From: Rhodospirillales bacterium
GTDB lineage: Bacteria; Pseudomonadota; Alphaproteobacteria; Rhodospirillales; CAMCUA01
Assembly: GCA_947470575.1 (NCBI GenBank)
Contig: CANITX010000001.1
Span: 1 to 62,106, forward strand
Length of the DNA: 62,106 bases
Direction of reading: 5' to 3'
Shown: piece after piece, positions 1 through 9,840 of the stretch
Numbering within the stretch: the first letter of the stretch is position 1
Layout of the letters: each line of letters opens with the position of its first letter
Notes under the pieces: model-generated
Told to the model about the DNA's origin: nothing
What the model saw: the letters and a program-made list of their open reading frames with translations, nothing else
Database searches by the model: none
Made by a program: the position numbers and the translations under genes

Positions 1-333
1 GGCGGCGGCATGGCCGGAGCGAGCGCGCTCCGGCTGGTCGACGATATGCACGGTATAGCCAGCGCGCAGGAAATCGTGCAACCAGCCGCGGCGGCCGTCG
101 GGAGTCGCCGTGAAATTGGTGCCGGTCTGACCGCCGCCGTGAATCATCACGACTGGATAGGGATGGCGCCGTTCTGCCGGTACGTATTGTTCGACATACA
201 TGCCGCCGGTATGAAAGACGCCCTCTTTGGTATCGACATACTTGCCGCCGTAGAAGCTCCAGTCGTTTGCGGCGAGTGCGATAGGCCAGATGTCCGTGGG
301 GTGTGGATCTGAAGTCTTGCTAGAGTTCGTCAT
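1..333 (-). CDS. alpha/beta hydrolase-fold protein, N-terminal part only; the gene runs off the left edge of the window
   Basis: My own minus-strand translation from the ATG at 331-333 gives MTNSSKTSDPHPTDIWPIALAANDWSFYGGKYVDTKEGVFHTGGMYVEQYVPAERRHPYPVVMIHGGGQTGTNF...HIVDQPERARSG. The VVMIHGGGQTG oxyanion-hole-like segment is typical of alpha/beta hydrolases. It is absent from the ORF track because no stop codon lies inside the window. Confidence 0.6.
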   Translation of the reverse strand, partial: MTNSSKTSDPHPTDIWPIALAANDWSFYGGKYVDTKEGVFHTGGMYVEQYVPAERRHPYPVVMIHGGGQTGTNFTATPDGRRGWLHDFLRAGYTVHIVDQPERARSGHAAA

Positions 334-579
334 GCCGTTCTCCCTGACGTTCTATATTGCTTTTTTGGTATGCAGGCAGGTCGACTTTACACGATCCGTT
401 GGTCAAGGGAATGGTGCCGGACTTAGCCATATTATTTGGTTCGGGGAGCGTGAACCATGCCGGTGTGACGGACGACAGGCAAAGGAATGCGGCGGTTGAC
501 GATCGTGCGGCTTTCGCAGACGAATTTTTGGCCTGGCCGTCGCTGCGTCTTTAGTGCGGGGACGGACTGAGTTCCGGAG

Positions 580-1836
580 TCAGGGGCGGATGAAACCCCG
601 CCCGTTATCGATGGCGATCTGGGTGCCAAATTCTGCCGACAGCTTGCCCAGATGCGACAGCACTTGGCTGCCGTATTCGGGCGTCGCCAGCACGGGCACT
701 TCGCGATTGCTGAAATCCTTGGCCGTCAGCGCCGCCTCGCCGCCGACGACGATGGGATCGAGCTGTATCTCGCTTAGCCGGCCCTCGCCGTCGAATCGGC
801 TGGTGGCGACCACGCTGCGCCAGACATTGTCGTGGAACCAGGTGGTCGGGTTGAACGAGTGGAAGATGAAGTTGCCCAGGCTGTAGAAAATCGGCTTATG
901 GCGATAGACCTCGATGCCTAGCAGCATCGGCACGCCATGGCTGACATAAATGTCGGCCCCGGCGTCGATACAGGCATGGGCGAACTGCTTGGTCCAATTC
1001 GGGATCGCTTCCCAGTCCGCTTCCCAATGATGATGGTGCAGGTAGACGATGACGACATCGGCCGACTTGCGCGCTTCGGCGATCGCCGCAAGGTTGCGTT
1101 TCAGGTCGTCTGGATTCAGCCCCCCAAGGCGTTCGTGCCGCTCTCCCACCTGAAAACGCATACCGTAAAAATTGAGTTCGTCATTGGCGACGTCGACGAC
1201 CTCCAGGAAAGAGCCCTTGGAGTTTTTCGAATTGAGGTTGCGGAAGCGGCTGACCATCCGCTCGTGGCCGAGTTCGTCCTTGATGCGCTTGAGCATGCCG
1301 AGTTCTTCCGGCGTTACCGAGAAGGCCGGCTGGATGCGTTGGTGGTTGAGCCCGGGCCGTGCAGCGACTTTTTCGGTGGCGTCTTTGGCCAAGGCCGCTT
1401 CCGGGGCGGGGCCGCCGTCGATGGCGATCAGCGCGACCCGCCGTCCGTCGATGGTGCCGTGTCCTGCACGGGCCGCCGAGGCCAGATCGCGCCCGAGCCC
1501 GGCATGGATGAAGCCACGCCGTTCCGTCTCCTCGATGGTCGAAAGCACGCCGTTGGGGCCAAGGTCGAAAGAATGGTTGTTGGCCAGCGACAAAACGTTG
1601 AAACCCAACTCCTTGAGGGCATCGAGCACATAAGGCGGCGATATACCGACATAGCCGGCCTTGGTCGGCCAGCCGCCGTAGGCACCCTGAATCGTCGCCT
1701 CCAGGTTGGTGAAAGCGATATCAGCCTTCTTTAACAGGTCGCGGATGGCCCAGAATTGGGTCTCCGGATTGCCGCGCACTTCCCGTTTGATGGCCGCTTG
1801 GCCGACGGCGGCGATGGAAACGCCTGTTCCCGACAT
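580..1836 (-). CDS. CapA-family (PGA_cap) metallophosphoesterase-like protein
   Basis: 418-aa ORF carrying CapA hallmarks: FTNLEATI, SLANNHSFD, GFIHAGLGRD, VVIVYLHHHHWE and YSLGNFIF. Confidence 0.8.
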   Translation of the reverse strand: MSGTGVSIAAVGQAAIKREVRGNPETQFWAIRDLLKKADIAFTNLEATIQGAYGGWPTKAGYVGISPPYVLDALKELGFNVLSLANNHSFDLGPNGVLSTIEETERRGFIHAGLGRDLASAARAGHGTIDGRRVALIAIDGGPAPEAALAKDATEKVAARPGLNHQRIQPAFSVTPEELGMLKRIKDELGHERMVSRFRNLNSKNSKGSFLEVVDVANDELNFYGMRFQVGERHERLGGLNPDDLKRNLAAIAEARKSADVVIVYLHHHHWEADWEAIPNWTKQFAHACIDAGADIYVSHGVPMLLGIEVYRHKPIFYSLGNFIFHSFNPTTWFHDNVWRSVVATSRFDGEGRLSEIQLDPIVVGGEAALTAKDFSNREVPVLATPEYGSQVLSHLGKLSAEFGTQIAIDNGRGFIRP

Positions 1837-1867
1837 GGCTCTCCCCTGGTTCTGCTCCGAAAAGCGA

Positions 1868-2764
1868 TTAAACCATGAGTTCGGCGATGGCGATACCGAA
1901 CTCGCCGGCTGTCGAATAGAGGAGATAGGTCCGGTCCTGTTCCTGAAAGATAGCCGGGTCGCGTAACTGATGGGCAGGCTCGCGGACGATGCCCCGGCGG
2001 GATGGCATGCAGGGAAGGCCAGCGCCCTCGTAGTCGCATTCCGGTGTCAATACGGTAAGCGGAGGCGATTCCTTCCAGGTCATCCAGTCGGAGCTTAGTT
2101 TGATGCTCGACAGCAGGATGCGCTCTGGGCTGTCGCCTGCATTGCTGTAGTAGACCGACAGGGTGTCGTTCCGGACCATGACAGCCGAATGGCGCATGTC
2201 GGAGGTGAATAAGGTCGGACCGCATTCGAATCCGTCGATGCCGTTCGCCGAGCAGTAGAATATGCCCGGCATGCCCAATGCGTAGACGCGATCGCGCCAG
2301 TGGAAAACCCGCCAGTAGGGCTCGCCTAGATCGGCCGGGCGGGCGGTGAAATGAAGCCCGTCAGGCGACAATGCGACACGCGTCGTCTGCTCGCCGCCGC
2401 CGCCGGTTCGGGTGTCCGACCCATGGAAATACATGCGGATACGACGTTCGCTATGATCGACATGGACATCGGGCGATGCGACATGGCCGGCAAAGCTCGA
2501 ATCTGACAAAGGCAGCACACCAGCTTCGAAGATTTGCCATGGGCCCGCCAGTTCGTCAGCGTAGGCAAGCCGGATATATTCACCGTCATGGTGGGCGAAA
2601 TACAGATAATAGCGACCGAGTGCGCCGGGGATCCATTCGGGCACGCGGATCAGGGATGGGCCATTGATATTGTCGCCCATGCGGGCATCCATATGAGGTC
2701 GGATGATGGGGTTGGACTCGAAGCGATGCACATGCGAAGCAGGTCCATTGGTGATGGGTCTCAT
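1868..2764 (-). CDS. uncharacterised beta-propeller protein, GH43/GH130-like fold
   Basis: Sequence features include NPIIRP...GDNINGPSLIRVP...YYLYFAHH...RMYFHG...LSVYYS...YLLYS, a repeated-blade pattern typical of five-bladed propeller glycosidase-like proteins. I chose the start at M13 (ATG 2762-2764). It lies 31 nt upstream of the CapA-like gene. Confidence 0.55.
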   Translation of the reverse strand: MRPITNGPASHVHRFESNPIIRPHMDARMGDNINGPSLIRVPEWIPGALGRYYLYFAHHDGEYIRLAYADELAGPWQIFEAGVLPLSDSSFAGHVASPDVHVDHSERRIRMYFHGSDTRTGGGGEQTTRVALSPDGLHFTARPADLGEPYWRVFHWRDRVYALGMPGIFYCSANGIDGFECGPTLFTSDMRHSAVMVRNDTLSVYYSNAGDSPERILLSSIKLSSDWMTWKESPPLTVLTPECDYEGAGLPCMPSRRGIVREPAHQLRDPAIFQEQDRTYLLYSTAGEFGIAIAELMV

Positions 2765-2948
2765 GGCTATACCTTGCTCCCGGCGCGTGATCCGACCCAA
2801 AAAAACCTATCGGGATCACGATTTTCCGTCAAAGCTGCCCTGTCTTGACGACCGGTGCGGGACTGTCCTTGAAATCTACGGTATTCCTTCATTAAGGTAG
2901 GGTCCGAATCGGACACGAGATCTGAGATATTAGGGCAAGGAGGATTCT

Positions 2949-3407
2949 GTGGACAAAATAGGTAGTGGGTTGCTCGCCGCTTTTGTCGCGACACTGCTGA
3001 TGGCGGTCATTCTGTCTATCAAGTCGGCGATCGGCGTGTTTCCCGATGTCGACGTCATCCAATTGTTGATGACGATGGCGGCCAGTCATCTTGGAACGAC
3101 GGAACATATGGCTGTCGGCTGGGCCGTGCATTTCTTCGTCGGGGTTCTCCTTTGGGGCCCTATCTTCTCCATCGTCGAGCCGCGCCTGCCGGGCGGCGAT
3201 TTCTGGTTGCGGGGGATTTCTTTTGGCCTTTGCGCCTGGGTGGGCATGATGGTCATCGTCATGCCCTTGGCCGGTGTAGGTTTCTTCGGTTTCAACATCG
3301 GAATTTCCGCACCCATTTTAGTGCTCTTCATGCATGTCATCTTTGGGGCACTTTTGGGGGGCATTTACGGCAGCTTCCTCCGGGGCCGTGCATCTACCAC
3401 GCGGTGA
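2949..3407 (+). CDS. small integral membrane protein of about four TM helices; no family recognised
   Basis: GTG start is preceded by AGGAGG 5 nt upstream. The 152-aa product is strongly hydrophobic (LLAAFVATLLMAVIL, VHFFVGVLLWGPIF, GLCAWVGMMVIVMPL, APILVLFMHVIFGALLGGIY). Confidence 0.6.
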   Translation: MDKIGSGLLAAFVATLLMAVILSIKSAIGVFPDVDVIQLLMTMAASHLGTTEHMAVGWAVHFFVGVLLWGPIFSIVEPRLPGGDFWLRGISFGLCAWVGMMVIVMPLAGVGFFGFNIGISAPILVLFMHVIFGALLGGIYGSFLRGRASTTR

Positions 3408-3465
3408 TGCCCGCGACATGGTGAGGTGACGATTCCGCCGTATGGGGCGAGCAGCGGTTGACAAG

Positions 3466-3500
3466 AAAAAGGGGGCGGATCGATGTCCGCCCCCTTTGTT
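3466..3500. terminator. bidirectional rho-independent terminator between convergent genes
   Basis: Perfect 12-bp stem AAAGGGGGCGGA / TCCGCCCCCTTT (3468-3479 / 3486-3497) with a 6-nt loop. An A-run on one side and a T-run on the other flank it. Confidence 0.65.
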
Positions 3501-3575
3501 ATGGGTTGCTCGCCGCCGGCTGTCTGCAATGGCCCCGTGCGCCCAATGCCGCCGAGCCGGGAGGCTCGGCGATCT

Positions 3576-4385
3576 TCAAGAGATCAATTTATTGATCTCG
3601 ACAACCCGTTGGCGCATGGCCGCATTGAGCATGCCGACGTCGTTGCCGACCGAAATCTGACGTATGCCCTTATCGCACAACGTCTTGAGTACGCTAACCG
3701 AGCCGCCCTTGATACCGCCGCCCAGCGAGACGTGTTTGCCATGTTTTTTGGCGGCTGCGATGATCCGATCCAGTGCCTTCATGATGGTGTCGCTGCCGAA
3801 CTGACCCGGAATGCCAAGTTCGGCCGAAAGGTCGCTGGTTCCGACCAGCAGCACATCGACGCCCGGCACGGCGGCAATGGCTTCGACGTTTTCCAGGCCG
3901 TCCCTCGATTCGATCATGGCCAGAACCATGGTCTCCTTGTTCAACCGCTCCTGCACCTCGACCAGCGGCAGCTTCGCGAGCCACTGCTGCGGTAGGGAGG
4001 ACGAATTGGAACGGTGGCCAATCGGCGGGTATTTGCAGGCATCCACCATCCGTTCGGCATCGGCCGGGCCGCTGATGTGCGGGGCGATGATACCCATGGC
4101 GCCGAGGTCGAGCACCTGACCGGCCGCGTCGGTTGCCCCGGCAGGAACGCGCACGAAGGGCGACAGGCCAACGGCGAGTGCCGTCACACAGATCTGCCCG
4201 GCTTCCGGGACGGTCAGGGCGCCGTGCTCCAGATCGATATAAATGCTGTCGTAACCGGCCGCCTTGGCGACGAGCGCGATATCGACGGAGCGGGTCTGAC
4301 GAACGCTGAACATTAGCGATAGTTTACCGGTGTCCATCATCTGCTTGGCCGGATTGAGAACGAATGGATTGTTTCCCTCAGACAT
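3576..4385 (-). CDS. HpcH/HpaI-family aldolase (2-keto-3-deoxy-acid / 4-hydroxy-2-oxo-acid aldolase type)
   Basis: 269-aa ORF. DSIYIDLEHG, MIESRDGLENVEAIAAVPGVDVLLVGTSDLSAELG and the overall length are typical of the HpcH_HpaI family. Confidence 0.85.
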   Translation of the reverse strand: MSEGNNPFVLNPAKQMMDTGKLSLMFSVRQTRSVDIALVAKAAGYDSIYIDLEHGALTVPEAGQICVTALAVGLSPFVRVPAGATDAAGQVLDLGAMGIIAPHISGPADAERMVDACKYPPIGHRSNSSSLPQQWLAKLPLVEVQERLNKETMVLAMIESRDGLENVEAIAAVPGVDVLLVGTSDLSAELGIPGQFGSDTIMKALDRIIAAAKKHGKHVSLGGGIKGGSVSVLKTLCDKGIRQISVGNDVGMLNAAMRQRVVEINKLIS

Positions 4386-4464
4386 CGATGTCCCCCCTGA
4401 TTATAGCGTTGCGACGCCAGAAAATTGGCTTTCAGTCCCCCGATGTCGAGCAAAAACATGGTGC

Positions 4465-4486
4465 CCTGGGCCCGGCTGGGCCCAGG
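4465..4486 (-). terminator. possible terminator hairpin downstream of tctC
   Basis: Perfect 9-bp GC stem CCTGGGCCC / GGGCCCAGG with a 4-nt loop. On the minus strand a T5 run follows, but only after about 8 nt, so the geometry is not ideal. Confidence 0.35.
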
Positions 4487-4546
4487 AACCCCAGGGGGAT
4501 CAGGCCGATACAGACGGTCGCGGGCTGCGGAACCGCTGGAAAGGCG

Positions 4547-5533
4547 TCATTCCGCGACAACGCCACCGGCCCGAATAATCTTATCCCAGCGATCGACCTC
4601 GGTAACGACGAAATCACGCAGCCATTCGGCGGAACGCTCTTTGCCTTCGGGTATCACACCGCCGAGATCGAGCAGCCGCTTGCGGGTACCCTCGTCGGAC
4701 AGCGCCTTGACCAGCGCGTCGTTGAGCTTGGCAACCACATCCTTCGGCGTGCCCTTCGGCGCGAACAGGGCATTCCAGGCACTGACCTTGAATTCGGGCA
4801 GGCCTGCCTCGGTCGAGGTCGGCACGTTGGGTAGTGCCGGCGACCGTGTCTCCGTGGCAATGGCATAAGCCTTGATATTGCCGCTTTGCACCTGGGAAGA
4901 AACACTGACGATTTGGTCGCAGGCATAGTCGAGTTTGTTGGCCAGCATGTCATTGATCACCGGCCCGGTGCCCGTATAGGGAACGCGGGTCGGTTTGGCG
5001 CCGACCAGGACGTTGAACATGATGCAGGAGGTGAAGGATACGGAGCCGACGCCGGCATTGCCTTCGTTGAGTTTGTCGCCGTTGGCCTTGAGATAAGCGG
5101 CGAACTCCTTCATGTCTTTTGCCGGGAAATCCTTGCGCGCAACGATGACAATGGGCGTGCCGGCGGCAAGACCGATCGGCTCGAAATCCTCCGTCGGCTT
5201 GTATTTGAGGTTCTTGTAGAGCGCCGGTGCGGCACCGTGCGTGCCCATATGGCCCATCATGATGGTGTAGCCATCGGGCTGAGCCTGCGATCCCTTGGTG
5301 ATGCCGGTGGTGCCGCCGGCACCGGCGACATTTTCGACGATGATCTGTTGGCCCAACGTCTTACCCATGTTCTCGCCGACGATGCGGGCGATGACATCGG
5401 TCGGTCCGCCAGCCGCAAAGGGAACGATCACGGTAATCGGATGGGTTGGGTAGCCTTGCGCTTGCGCGTTTCCGGCGGCCAGCACGAGCGCGACGCTGAT
5501 CAATCCAAACCAGTTGAAAACTCTATTCGACAC
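4547..5533 (-). CDS. tctC: tripartite tricarboxylate transporter substrate-binding protein (Bug/TctC family)
   Basis: Signal peptide SNRVFNWFGLISVALVLAAGNAQA is followed by YPTHPITVIVPFAAGGPTDVIARI, the classic Bug-family N-terminus. I prefer the GTG at 5533 because GGAGG lies 5 nt upstream. Alternative starts are 5545 and 5572. Confidence 0.85.
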   Translation of the reverse strand: MSNRVFNWFGLISVALVLAAGNAQAQGYPTHPITVIVPFAAGGPTDVIARIVGENMGKTLGQQIIVENVAGAGGTTGITKGSQAQPDGYTIMMGHMGTHGAAPALYKNLKYKPTEDFEPIGLAAGTPIVIVARKDFPAKDMKEFAAYLKANGDKLNEGNAGVGSVSFTSCIMFNVLVGAKPTRVPYTGTGPVINDMLANKLDYACDQIVSVSSQVQSGNIKAYAIATETRSPALPNVPTSTEAGLPEFKVSAWNALFAPKGTPKDVVAKLNDALVKALSDEGTRKRLLDLGGVIPEGKERSAEWLRDFVVTEVDRWDKIIRAGGVVAE

Positions 5534-5573
5534 GGGAACCTCCATAGGAACGGGTGATCTCAGCAGCCCCACC

Positions 5574-7076
5574 TCACGAATTCAGCGCTTCTTCCTTTTT
5601 CTGGCGGATCGCGGGCACAATTGCCACCACGACAACGACCAACGACAACAGCAACAGGAAGGCAGATACCGGATTCTCGATGAACGTCGCGAAATCGCCA
5701 CGCGACAGAATCAACGCCTGACGCAACTTTTCCTCCATCAGCCGCCCCAGCACGAAGCCGAGAAGCAGGGGTGCCGGCTCGAAACCGAGCTTGATGAAGA
5801 CATAGCCCGCTAACCCGAAGAAGGCCGTCATCAGCACGTCGGACGGGTCGTTATTGACCGAATAAATGCCGATCGCGCAAAACAACAAAATGGTTGCGAA
5901 CATCAGCCGGTAGGGGACGTTCAGCAGCCGCACCCATATGCCGATCAGCGGCATGTTGATGACCAGCAGCATGGCGTTGCCGATCCACATGCTGGCGACC
6001 ATGCCCCAGAACAGGTCCGGATTTTTGGTCATTACCTGCGGTCCGGGGATGATGCCGTGGATGGTCATCGCCCCGACCATTAGAGCCATAACGGCATTGG
6101 GAGGGATGCCCATCGTCAACAAGGGAATGAACGCCGTCTGAGCACCGGCGTTATTGGCGGCCTCCGGCCCGGCGACGCCCTCGATCGCACCCTTGCCGAA
6201 GCGGCTGGGGTCTTTGGCTAGCTTCTTTTCCACCGCGTAGGAAGCAAAGGGGCCCAGCACAGCGCCATTGCCGGGCAGGATGCCGAGGATCGCGCCAAGG
6301 CCTGTGCCGCGCAGCATCGGCATGAAGCTCTGGCGAAAATCTTCCCAATTCGGCAGCAGGCGCCCGATCTTTGCCTTGACGACATTGCGGGACTCCGGGC
6401 TCTCCAGATTGCGCAGAATCTCGGCGAAACCGAACAGGCCCATCGCCAGCACGACGAAATCGATACCGTCGGCAAGCTCGGCGAGCCCGAAGGTGAGCCG
6501 CTCCTCGCCCGTCTCCAGGTCGGAGCCGACCGTCGACAGCAGCACGCCGAGCAGGATCATCGCGGTCGCCTTGAGCAGCGAGCCTTGCGCCAGGACCACG
6601 GCAAAGGCAAGACCCAGCACCATCAACGCGAAATATTCCGCCGGGCCGAACAGCAGAGCCACCCGGGTCAGCGGCTCGCCAAGGGCGGCTACCACCACAG
6701 TCGCTACCGTGCCGGCAAAGAATGAAACCAGCGCTGCCGTGCCGAGCGCCACGCCGGCGCGTCCCTGCCGTGCCATCTGGTGGCCGTCGATGGTGGTCAC
6801 GACCGAGGTCGCTTCACCGGGAATGTTGATCAGGATGGCCGTCGTCGACCCGCCGTACTGCGCGCCATAATAAATGCCGGCCAGCATGATCAGAGCGCCG
6901 GTCGGATCGAAATTGAATGTCAGCGGCAGCAGCATGGCGATGGTGGCGATCGGTCCGACGCCGGGAAGAATGCCGACCAGCGTACCGATGACGACGCCGA
7001 TCAGACAGAGAAATAAGTTCTCCAGCGAAACGGCGACAGCGAAGCCGTGCGAAAGATTGGCGAACAGGTCTTCCAT
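5574..7076 (-). CDS. tctA: tripartite tricarboxylate transporter permease, large subunit
   Basis: 500-aa polytopic membrane protein with TctA signatures (GILPGVGP, YGGSTTAILINIPGE, GILPGNGAVLG). Confidence 0.9.
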   Translation of the reverse strand: MEDLFANLSHGFAVAVSLENLFLCLIGVVIGTLVGILPGVGPIATIAMLLPLTFNFDPTGALIMLAGIYYGAQYGGSTTAILINIPGEATSVVTTIDGHQMARQGRAGVALGTAALVSFFAGTVATVVVAALGEPLTRVALLFGPAEYFALMVLGLAFAVVLAQGSLLKATAMILLGVLLSTVGSDLETGEERLTFGLAELADGIDFVVLAMGLFGFAEILRNLESPESRNVVKAKIGRLLPNWEDFRQSFMPMLRGTGLGAILGILPGNGAVLGPFASYAVEKKLAKDPSRFGKGAIEGVAGPEAANNAGAQTAFIPLLTMGIPPNAVMALMVGAMTIHGIIPGPQVMTKNPDLFWGMVASMWIGNAMLLVINMPLIGIWVRLLNVPYRLMFATILLFCAIGIYSVNNDPSDVLMTAFFGLAGYVFIKLGFEPAPLLLGFVLGRLMEEKLRQALILSRGDFATFIENPVSAFLLLLSLVVVVVAIVPAIRQKKEEALNS

Positions 7077-7083
7077 ATCGCCC

Positions 7084-7524
7084 TCAATAGCCGATCAGCC
7101 AGGGCGCGACCGGGATCGGTAGCGTCAGAAGATACTTGAACAGGACCAAGCAAAATACGGTCATGCCGACCGCGAAGGCTAGAATCTCGCCCCATCGGGT
7201 TTCGTGAGAGGCGAAAGCCGCAACGACGACGAGGAGCGGCCCGGCAACGGCCAGGCCAAGCGGCCGAATGATCAGTCCAAAGACAACGGCCGCGCCCAGG
7301 ATGAAAAGCGGTCCGCGTGTCGGCCAACGGCCGGTACCGCTGCGGTGGCCGCGCATCCACGTCACAATGAGACAAACGCCAATAAGTGCGACGAAGGCTG
7401 ACAGCGCCGACGGTACCATTCCGGGCCCAATGTGGCGTAGCGTGCCGATACTGAGTTCGGATGCTTGAAGCGATGCAATCGCAGCAATCAGAACCAGAAT
7501 AATTCCAGCAAGAAGATTTTGCAT
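7084..7524 (-). CDS. tctB: tripartite tricarboxylate transporter small membrane subunit
   Basis: Small 4-TM protein directly upstream of tctA (7-nt gap). Start chosen at MQNLLAGIILVLIAA; the alternative start is 7545. Confidence 0.75.
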   Translation of the reverse strand: MQNLLAGIILVLIAAIASLQASELSIGTLRHIGPGMVPSALSAFVALIGVCLIVTWMRGHRSGTGRWPTRGPLFILGAAVVFGLIIRPLGLAVAGPLLVVVAAFASHETRWGEILAFAVGMTVFCLVLFKYLLTLPIPVAPWLIGY

Positions 7525-7945
7525 GGGCCATCGATCTAAAAACAAAAGCCACGAAATGTGAATACGACGTTCGCACTTGGGTAGGCTATCGTTAAAAATA
7601 TTACGAACACCTCAGGGAGGCATAAAATTTGCCGGTTCCCAAGGTTGCCAGTACCCAGGTTTGTTTGAGATATCTCATATAAATCAGCCTCTTCCCCTGA
7701 TTTATGTCAAGGACAGGATAGGCCCGGCCCGCGGAAGGCGTACCGTCTTCGCGGCGGGCGTTTCAATCGGTTGGCCGGCATAGAGGAATTGTAGGACCCG
7801 CGCAGCCACCGCATCATCCAGCCACTCTGCTGGCGGGTGCCCTGCTGCAAGAATAGCGATTCGCTGTTTGAGGCCGACGGTACGGCCCGTCGAACGGGGG
7901 TGAATACCCAAATAACTCGTGCCGAGACTTCGAACTTATGAAAAA

Positions 7946-8022
<77 letters not shown>

Positions 8023-8315
8023 TGTCTCGGCCCCCTTGGCTATGTCGCCGATGGCGATAATTAAGGGGCCTTTAACGAAGGTTGGGGACACTACTCGATA
8101 GGTTAGGGTAAGGCAAGACGACAGCGGTGCCGTTTTCACAATGCCTTCGATCCGCATTTCGAACGGCCATGGCCGTTGTTTTCTACCACGAAGGAATGGT
8201 TTGAAAGATCAAGAGGAAAGTGCATATTGATGGTCGTCCGCACAAGAGGCTGCGCCATCCGTGGCCGGTCCGCGGCAGGGTCTTGGGGTCGACAGGCGCG
8301 GGGTCGAAAAGCATA

Positions 8316-9485
8316 ATGACTGCTCCCGGAATACGCGCAGTTTTCTGCAGGCGCGTGCTGGCAATAGGAGCTTCGCTCCTGGTGTCGGGCTGTTCGTTCA
8401 CAGAAGAGGCCTTGTGGCCCTCATTGACTGGCGAATCGCCGACTGGTAGTCGCGCCGCCGCGCGACCTGCCGTGGCCGCGGCGCCCGAGCCGATTTCGCG
8501 AGCGGCCCTGCCGCAGCCGCAGCTTGGCAGCGGCGAATTTCAGCCCTCCGGGGTTACCTCCGGCCCGGCGACAGGTACGTTCGTTGGCGATAAGGTTGGC
8601 GAACTGCGCGGCGAGTTGACTCGCCTGCAGGGCAATATCTCGCAGCACAATCGCTTGTTGCAGGAGTTGCGCGCCAAGATTGTTCAGGATTCGCAGCGCT
8701 ATCATGGCACGGTCGCGGCCATCAATTCGCGTTTGCAGGTTGGAACCACGCCGGGTAATCCGATCTTGGTACAACAGCTCACCGGCGCTCAAGCAGAATT
8801 GGCTCGTATCAGCGCCAACGTTGGTGAAATGAACAAGCTGGCAACCGGAGTCGGTTCCGATTCCACCATGTCTGCTTACCTGTCCGAAACCGCGCGTTCC
8901 ACATTCGCTATTTCCGGCGCCGTTGATGAAGATCATCGCCAACTGGCCATCCTTGAAGACGAGGTCAACCGCACGGCGGTACTTATCGACCGCTTGCTCA
9001 AGGAAGTATCGGACGACGTCCGCCGGCAGACGGCCTATGTCGCTACCGAACGCGGTAACCTCAATCTGTTGACCACGGGTGTGAAGAGCGGCGAAATTTA
9101 CGGCGCCAGCTTGGTCAATCAGGCCATGGCCGCCAATGCTTTCCCGCGCACAGCGACTGCCGCGCCAGGAGCTGACTTGGCCAGCCGTCGTCCACTGGTA
9201 ACGGTACGGTTCGATCGTCCGGACGTGGCTTACCAGCAAGCACTTTACAATGCCGTCAGCCGGGTCCTCGAACGGCAGCCGGGCGCTACGTTCGATCTGG
9301 TTGCCGTTGCACCCACGGCGGGCGGGCCGGCTCGTGTGGCGCTTAACACCACCCAGTCGCGTCGGCATGCGGAAGGCGTGTTGCGCTCTCTGGTCGACAT
9401 GGGGTTACCGGCGGACAGGATTGCCGTTTCCGGGCGTACCAGCGATACCGCCCGCGAAAACGAGGTCCATCTCTATCTGAGGTGA
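8316..9485 (+). CDS. lipoprotein with a coiled-coil middle region and an OmpA-like C-terminal segment
   Basis: Start chosen at MTAPGIRAVFCRRVLAIGASLLVSGC, which has the lipobox LVSGC. The middle has heptad-like stretches (ELRGELTRLQGNISQHNRLLQELRAKIV). The C-terminus RRHAEGVLRSLVDMGLPADRIAVSG resembles the end of OmpA/MotB domains. Confidence 0.65.
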   Translation: MTAPGIRAVFCRRVLAIGASLLVSGCSFTEEALWPSLTGESPTGSRAAARPAVAAAPEPISRAALPQPQLGSGEFQPSGVTSGPATGTFVGDKVGELRGELTRLQGNISQHNRLLQELRAKIVQDSQRYHGTVAAINSRLQVGTTPGNPILVQQLTGAQAELARISANVGEMNKLATGVGSDSTMSAYLSETARSTFAISGAVDEDHRQLAILEDEVNRTAVLIDRLLKEVSDDVRRQTAYVATERGNLNLLTTGVKSGEIYGASLVNQAMAANAFPRTATAAPGADLASRRPLVTVRFDRPDVAYQQALYNAVSRVLERQPGATFDLVAVAPTAGGPARVALNTTQSRRHAEGVLRSLVDMGLPADRIAVSGRTSDTARENEVHLYLR

Positions 9486-9840
9486 CGGTGGTTCGCCGCA
9501 CCTGCGGGTCAGGGCGGTCGCGTCAGCGGATTTGACGGTCTCGTCCAGCACGATATCGACACGTTCCTTGCCTTTGCCGATATTGCACCGGCTTGACATT
9601 ATGGCGCCGACTTCGCTGATTCGGCGCAGGGGCGTACCGCCGCAGGGGTACTTCGGCGAATTCCCGGATTTTCCAATAACGCCGCTCGCTCGCTTCGTCG
9701 CTGAAGGCGCTTTGGACCGGTTGATCGGCATGAACGATGGCCGTCGGCTGGTAGCACCGACTTGAAAGCCGGGGTGCTGTGCTTTCGGGCCATTCGAGGT
9801 CGATACGCGTTTTGTTCTCGACGATATGGGCCCCGATCTT

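Noticed and set aside
3551-3570. Hairpin GCCGAGCC-GGGA-GGCTCGGC just downstream of the aldolase stop as a terminator.
   Set aside because: The 8-bp stem is perfect, but no U-tract follows on the relevant strand. The stronger bidirectional terminator at 3466-3500 probably serves both convergent genes.
7702-7911. The 69-aa ORF next to tRNA-Arg as an integrase remnant.
   Set aside because: No tyrosine-recombinase motifs (R..HxxR..Y region, LLGH, etc.) appear in this or any other frame of 7546-7945. It is kept only as context for the tRNA-flank finding.
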